A stretch of 64,000 nucleotides of DNA. Origin: Chrysomallon squamiferum (lineage: Eukaryota; Animalia; Mollusca). Below the pieces are notes generated by a model. The model was given only the letters and a program-made list of their open reading frames with translations, had not been told where the DNA came from and ran no database searches. A program made the translations under genes and the position numbers. The stretch spans positions 11,594,001 to 11,658,000 of the forward strand of contig CM022675.1 of assembly GCA_012295275.1 (NCBI GenBank), given 5' to 3'. Each line of letters opens with the position of its first letter. The first letter of the stretch is position 1. This document shows positions 39,501-64,000 of this stretch, one piece after another.

Positions 39501-42248
39501 AGACTGTTAAATTTTAATAAATGTCACAATTAATGTATGATTTATGATTCTGAAAATACTTAGAAAACTCTGTATAGAAATAATGCAATCTATTACTATA
39601 AGGAAACAAATAAAATAAATTTTTTTTTTAACGCTAGGAATAATATTAATTATTTTTAAAAACATTACTGATTTTTTTTAATACCAGAAAATTGCATTTA
39701 TTATTGATAAAAATTACAATTTTGTTTTGAAATCTTACCATTGTTAGAATTAATGTATTATTTGTATGATTTATAAATTGAAGATTACAGATAGAAATGG
39801 TGTAAATTATTACAAGAAGGAAACAAATTTTAGAATAATGACTAACCCGCCATCACATATTTCATCAAGAGCCAAGAAAATGGCATCCATGTTTTCAAGT
39901 AGAGCTCTTTTTTCTGTATTTTTTCTCAAAATCTGACTAACTGCATCATACAAACCATTCAACACACTGGACAGCAAAAGCTGTAAATAAATAAATAAAC
40001 AATAATAGATATTGACAATAAAAGAACACAGAAACAATGGAAACACCAATAAATTTAGTTATCTGGATATATCCACACAAAAAAATAAAAAAATAAAAAA
40101 AATAAAATAAAAATAAATAAATAAAATTGTAAAATTTCAATAAGACTGTTGTTATTTTTTCAAATTTTGGAACTTCAATCAATATTTATTTATACTTTTT
40201 AAGGGAAAAAAAATAAGTTTTCCAGAAAATGACAGTTTAAGCATCACATCTGTTTAATTAAAATCCTGTCAAACTTTTTTCTTAAAGATTGATGATAACA
40301 ATAACATGCTGTGGAAATGAATAAAATATATATCATAATGATTCATAGGTAACTTAAAAATTGACACCTAAACTTGATATCTGAGTTCATGAATATACAA
40401 ATGGTAATTTTTAAATTTATTTATATGTTTCTTTTAAATATACAATACTTACTTCATTTTCTTGGGCTGAGCCAATGACATAGAAAAACAGATCAACATT
40501 ACTTTTGTAAACACAAGTTAAGCCTTCAAACATAATAATGTCAGCTGAAAAAATAAGAAAAACATCAACATTTTTAAATTTTATCATATTAAATATTAAA
40601 TAATAATAATGAATAAATAAATAAATTATATTAAACATCACCAAACTTTAGTGTTAACTAAATTTGCTAATATTTTATGTCTATATAGTTTTTCATGATA
40701 AATAAAAGACATTTCAAATTTAACAAATGGTTTTTAAATTATAAAAATTTTTCTTTCTTTATTTTTAAAAATTGTTTACATGAAATTTATTCATGTTTCT
40801 ACATTAAAATGTCAAGTGGTTATTTATGAAAGATACTGATGAAATTAATAATTATAAACAAAACAAACAAAAAAAAATTATTATAAATAAAAAAGAAAAT
40901 ATTTTCACATATTTCAATACAAAAAAATACTACCGATAATAAAAATGGTTATTAAATCAAGAATGCTTCTAAGATGAAAAAAAAAAAAAAATGTCTTCAT
41001 TTTAACCTTAGTGAAAAATAAATGTTTTTCCATTAACTCAAAGCATCTTTAAAAAAAAAAAAAAAAAAAAAAAATTTAAAACAAATGTCACAGACAACAT
41101 TAGGAATATATCATAATAAAAAATAATACTATTGTTAACACAAATAGTGATTAAATTAAAAGTGTTTCTAAGATGAAAAAGTAGTTTCTATGGATAACAG
41201 CAAGTAAAACATAAAAAGTATTAGTTCTTAATTTCTTATTAAAAACAAATTCACTCAATGACAATATAATATTATGACTATATCATAGTAAAAATAATAA
41301 AACTGATAATAAAAACTGTGATTTAGTCAGGAGTGTTTTTAAGATGAAAAAGATCTTTCTTTATTTTAACAACTAGTGGAAAATGATCATCTCACCATTG
41401 GCTCTGTGTGTTTTGTTAAACAAATTTTTCTCAAATTGTTTCTGGTCCTTGGAAGTGGGAAAAGTGTCATCATAATACTGAAAATAAAAATTAATATTAA
41501 ATTACTTTCATGTTTTCATAATAATTAAATAAAGTAAAAATATGGTATCGTTTAGAATGATTTACCTAAAAATATTTATAAAAAAAATACAAAATAGCAT
41601 ATTATTATTATTATAATTGTTGTTATTAATATTATTTGTTTTTTTATATTATTTCATATTATTTTATTTTATTTAAAGTTACCAAACTTGCATTATGCTA
41701 AATTAAATAAAAGTAAAAGTTGACACAGAATATTTACCTTTGAAATCAGTCGATTCCCATCATTGTCTAAAATAGCTATAGCTTTTATTGAATAGAGAGA
41801 CGGTTCCTGAAAATGAGAGAAAATTAAAAATCTATGTTTTATTATCTTAAAAGCAACTTCTGCTTCTGTAATTTGAATCCTAACTATATTAGTAATCTAA
41901 ATTTATAGTCATTATCTATCGATGTATCTATAACTATATATATGAATTTTCCATATCTGATATATCCAGAGATACAGGTTTACATTTAACGCAGTATGAA
42001 TATCTGTTTTAAAATGTAACAACCAATTTAAGCTGTTTCTGAATATTCAAAATTTGTCAAGATAATTTAGTAAATTTAACGATGCTTAGTATCGCTGCTT
42101 TTCCATATATATAATGTAGGTAATGTTCTACTAGGTATTTTCATATTTATACAGTTATACAGTCTGCACTGTAATAGATAAATGGGTAAAACAGGACTGT
42201 GAAATCAAACATAATTATGAACTTTCCTACCAATATTCCACCATCCAT
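33380..42248 (-). CDS. COPZ1: Coatomer subunit zeta (COPZ1-like), complete 7-exon gene, 534 nt CDS = 177 aa
   Basis: Exons 42248-42231, 41806-41738, 41477-41396, 40544-40453, 39980-39847, 39263-39173, 33427-33380. All introns GT-AG with matching phases. Protein [56 protein letters not shown]...[15 protein letters not shown] matches zeta-COP. Confidence 0.96.
34935..35105 (-). mobile_element. Degenerate SINE fragment, probably carrying the conserved MetaSINE central domain
   Basis: 34997-35063 attagcaacaaggatttctgttacatacacctgctcatagacagg...gcctttg resembles my recollection of the reverse-complemented Meta domain consensus (attagcagcaagggatcttttatatgcacc...cagacagga...ggcctttg). Recalled from memory, not searched. 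Confidence 0.55.
39173..39263 (-). CDS. COPZ1: COPZ exon 6 ([30 protein letters not shown])
   Basis: ctgtcag| acceptor, CAG|gtattt donor. Confidence 0.96.
39847..39980 (-). CDS. COPZ1: COPZ exon 5 ([45 protein letters not shown])
   Basis: tttacag| acceptor, GG|gttagt donor. Confidence 0.96.
40453..40544 (-). CDS. COPZ1: COPZ exon 4 ([31 protein letters not shown])
   Basis: ttcag| acceptor, GAA|gtaagt donor. Confidence 0.96.
40900..41390. repeat. Degenerate ~190-bp tandem repeat in COPZ intron 3
   Basis: gtgtttctaagatgaaaaa-like core at ~40961, 41161 and 41332, with shared gataataaaaa and tatcata.taaaaa segments. Confidence 0.7.
41396..41477 (-). CDS. COPZ1: COPZ exon 3 ([27 protein letters not shown])
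   Basis: ttcag| acceptor, G|gtgag donor, phase 0 to 1. Confidence 0.95.
41738..41806 (-). CDS. COPZ1: COPZ exon 2 ([23 protein letters not shown])
   Basis: ttttcag| acceptor, AAG|gtaaat donor; conserved ILDNDG motif. Confidence 0.95.
42231..42248 (-). CDS. COPZ1: COPZ exon 1 coding part (MDGGIL)
   Basis: ATG at 42248-42246, donor TTG|gtagga, phase 0. Confidence 0.85.
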
Positions 42249-42733
42249 GTTGTGTTTTCTGACGTGGAGTAGATTGACTGTTCCACGCTCAATTGTACAT
42301 AGATAAAACAAGAGAAGACAGCGGACCAAACAGTGGATTCTGGTTTTGGAAATGCAAGGACCGTGGTCAAATATTGAATAAAATAAAAAGATTGATAAAT
42401 ATTATTTCACAGTATTATTCATAAATTTCACTGTTTTTCTAATTTACCAAGATTAAAACTGCTAAAATTCTATTAATAGTATTTTATTAATTTTATCTGC
42501 CATGTTCGATTTCCTAAACGTTTAGTCCACATAATATGTGACATGAATCATATCAACTTTACTTGTGGCACAACGATATATTTCATTATATGTTAGCTGT
42601 TGTTATTCTTGTTTTTATATAACATCATTTTGTTATCTTTATTAATTTTAGAAACTTGCTTGTGTATTTATATATCTTATATGTCAAGCGAATTTATAGA
42701 CATGTTTCAGATACACTTCACATAAGCAAAGAT

Positions 42734-42830
<97 letters not shown>

Positions 42831-43056
42831 TTATGTTATGGAGACAAGGATTTTTCATTAATACAGTTGTCGAATAAATGAGATTAAACATGTGATGATG
42901 GATTCTGAAAATCCATTGTAGTTTTAAGGTAAACTGTTCTCTATTATTTAATGCGCACCTGCTTTATTTATGAAATAAACTGGTTTTCAAACAAATTCAA
43001 ATTTGCATTATACTTGGCGTATCATAGAAAAAGAAGCAGTTAGCTTTTGGGTAAAA
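42249..43056. promoter_or_regulatory. Bidirectional promoter region between COPZ (-) and SMARCC (+)
   Basis: Start codons diverge 808 bp apart. CpG is locally retained (~41900-44000). Contains (GA)n at 42738-42827. Confidence 0.75.
42738..42827. repeat. (GA)n microsatellite inside the bidirectional promoter
   Basis: Direct reading. Confidence 0.95.

Positions 43057-64000
<20,944 letters not shown>

Overview
AT-rich, microsatellite-dense animal genomic DNA, most likely molluscan judging by the homeodomain signature. It holds three genes. (1) A homeobox exon of the lophotrochozoan posterior Hox gene Post1 (+, 26079-26422); no upstream coding exon could be found in the preceding 26 kb. (2) A complete 7-exon coatomer zeta gene, COPZ1-like (-, 42248 to 33380, 177 aa). 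(3) Head-to-head with it, a SMARCC1/2 (BAF155/170, Moira) SWI/SNF core subunit gene (+, ATG 43057), with 23 phase-consistent exons traced to the window end and the C-terminus cut off. The first ~31.7 kb is non-coding apart from Post1: microsatellites separate CpG-retaining unique blocks, typical of Hox regulatory DNA, while the COPZ and SMARCC introns are CpG-depleted. Most ORFs in the supplied track are microsatellite artefacts. The main leads are: minus-strand AG|GT recursive-splice-like sites upstream of Post1; a frame-complementing 25+23-nt microexon pair in COPZ intron 6; a 48-nt cassette exon in SMARCC; tandem duplications that copy splice junctions (a 6-unit array of decoy acceptors before the SWIRM exon); and the Post1-COPZ-SMARCC linkage. 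All coordinates and alignments were read by eye; no searches were run.
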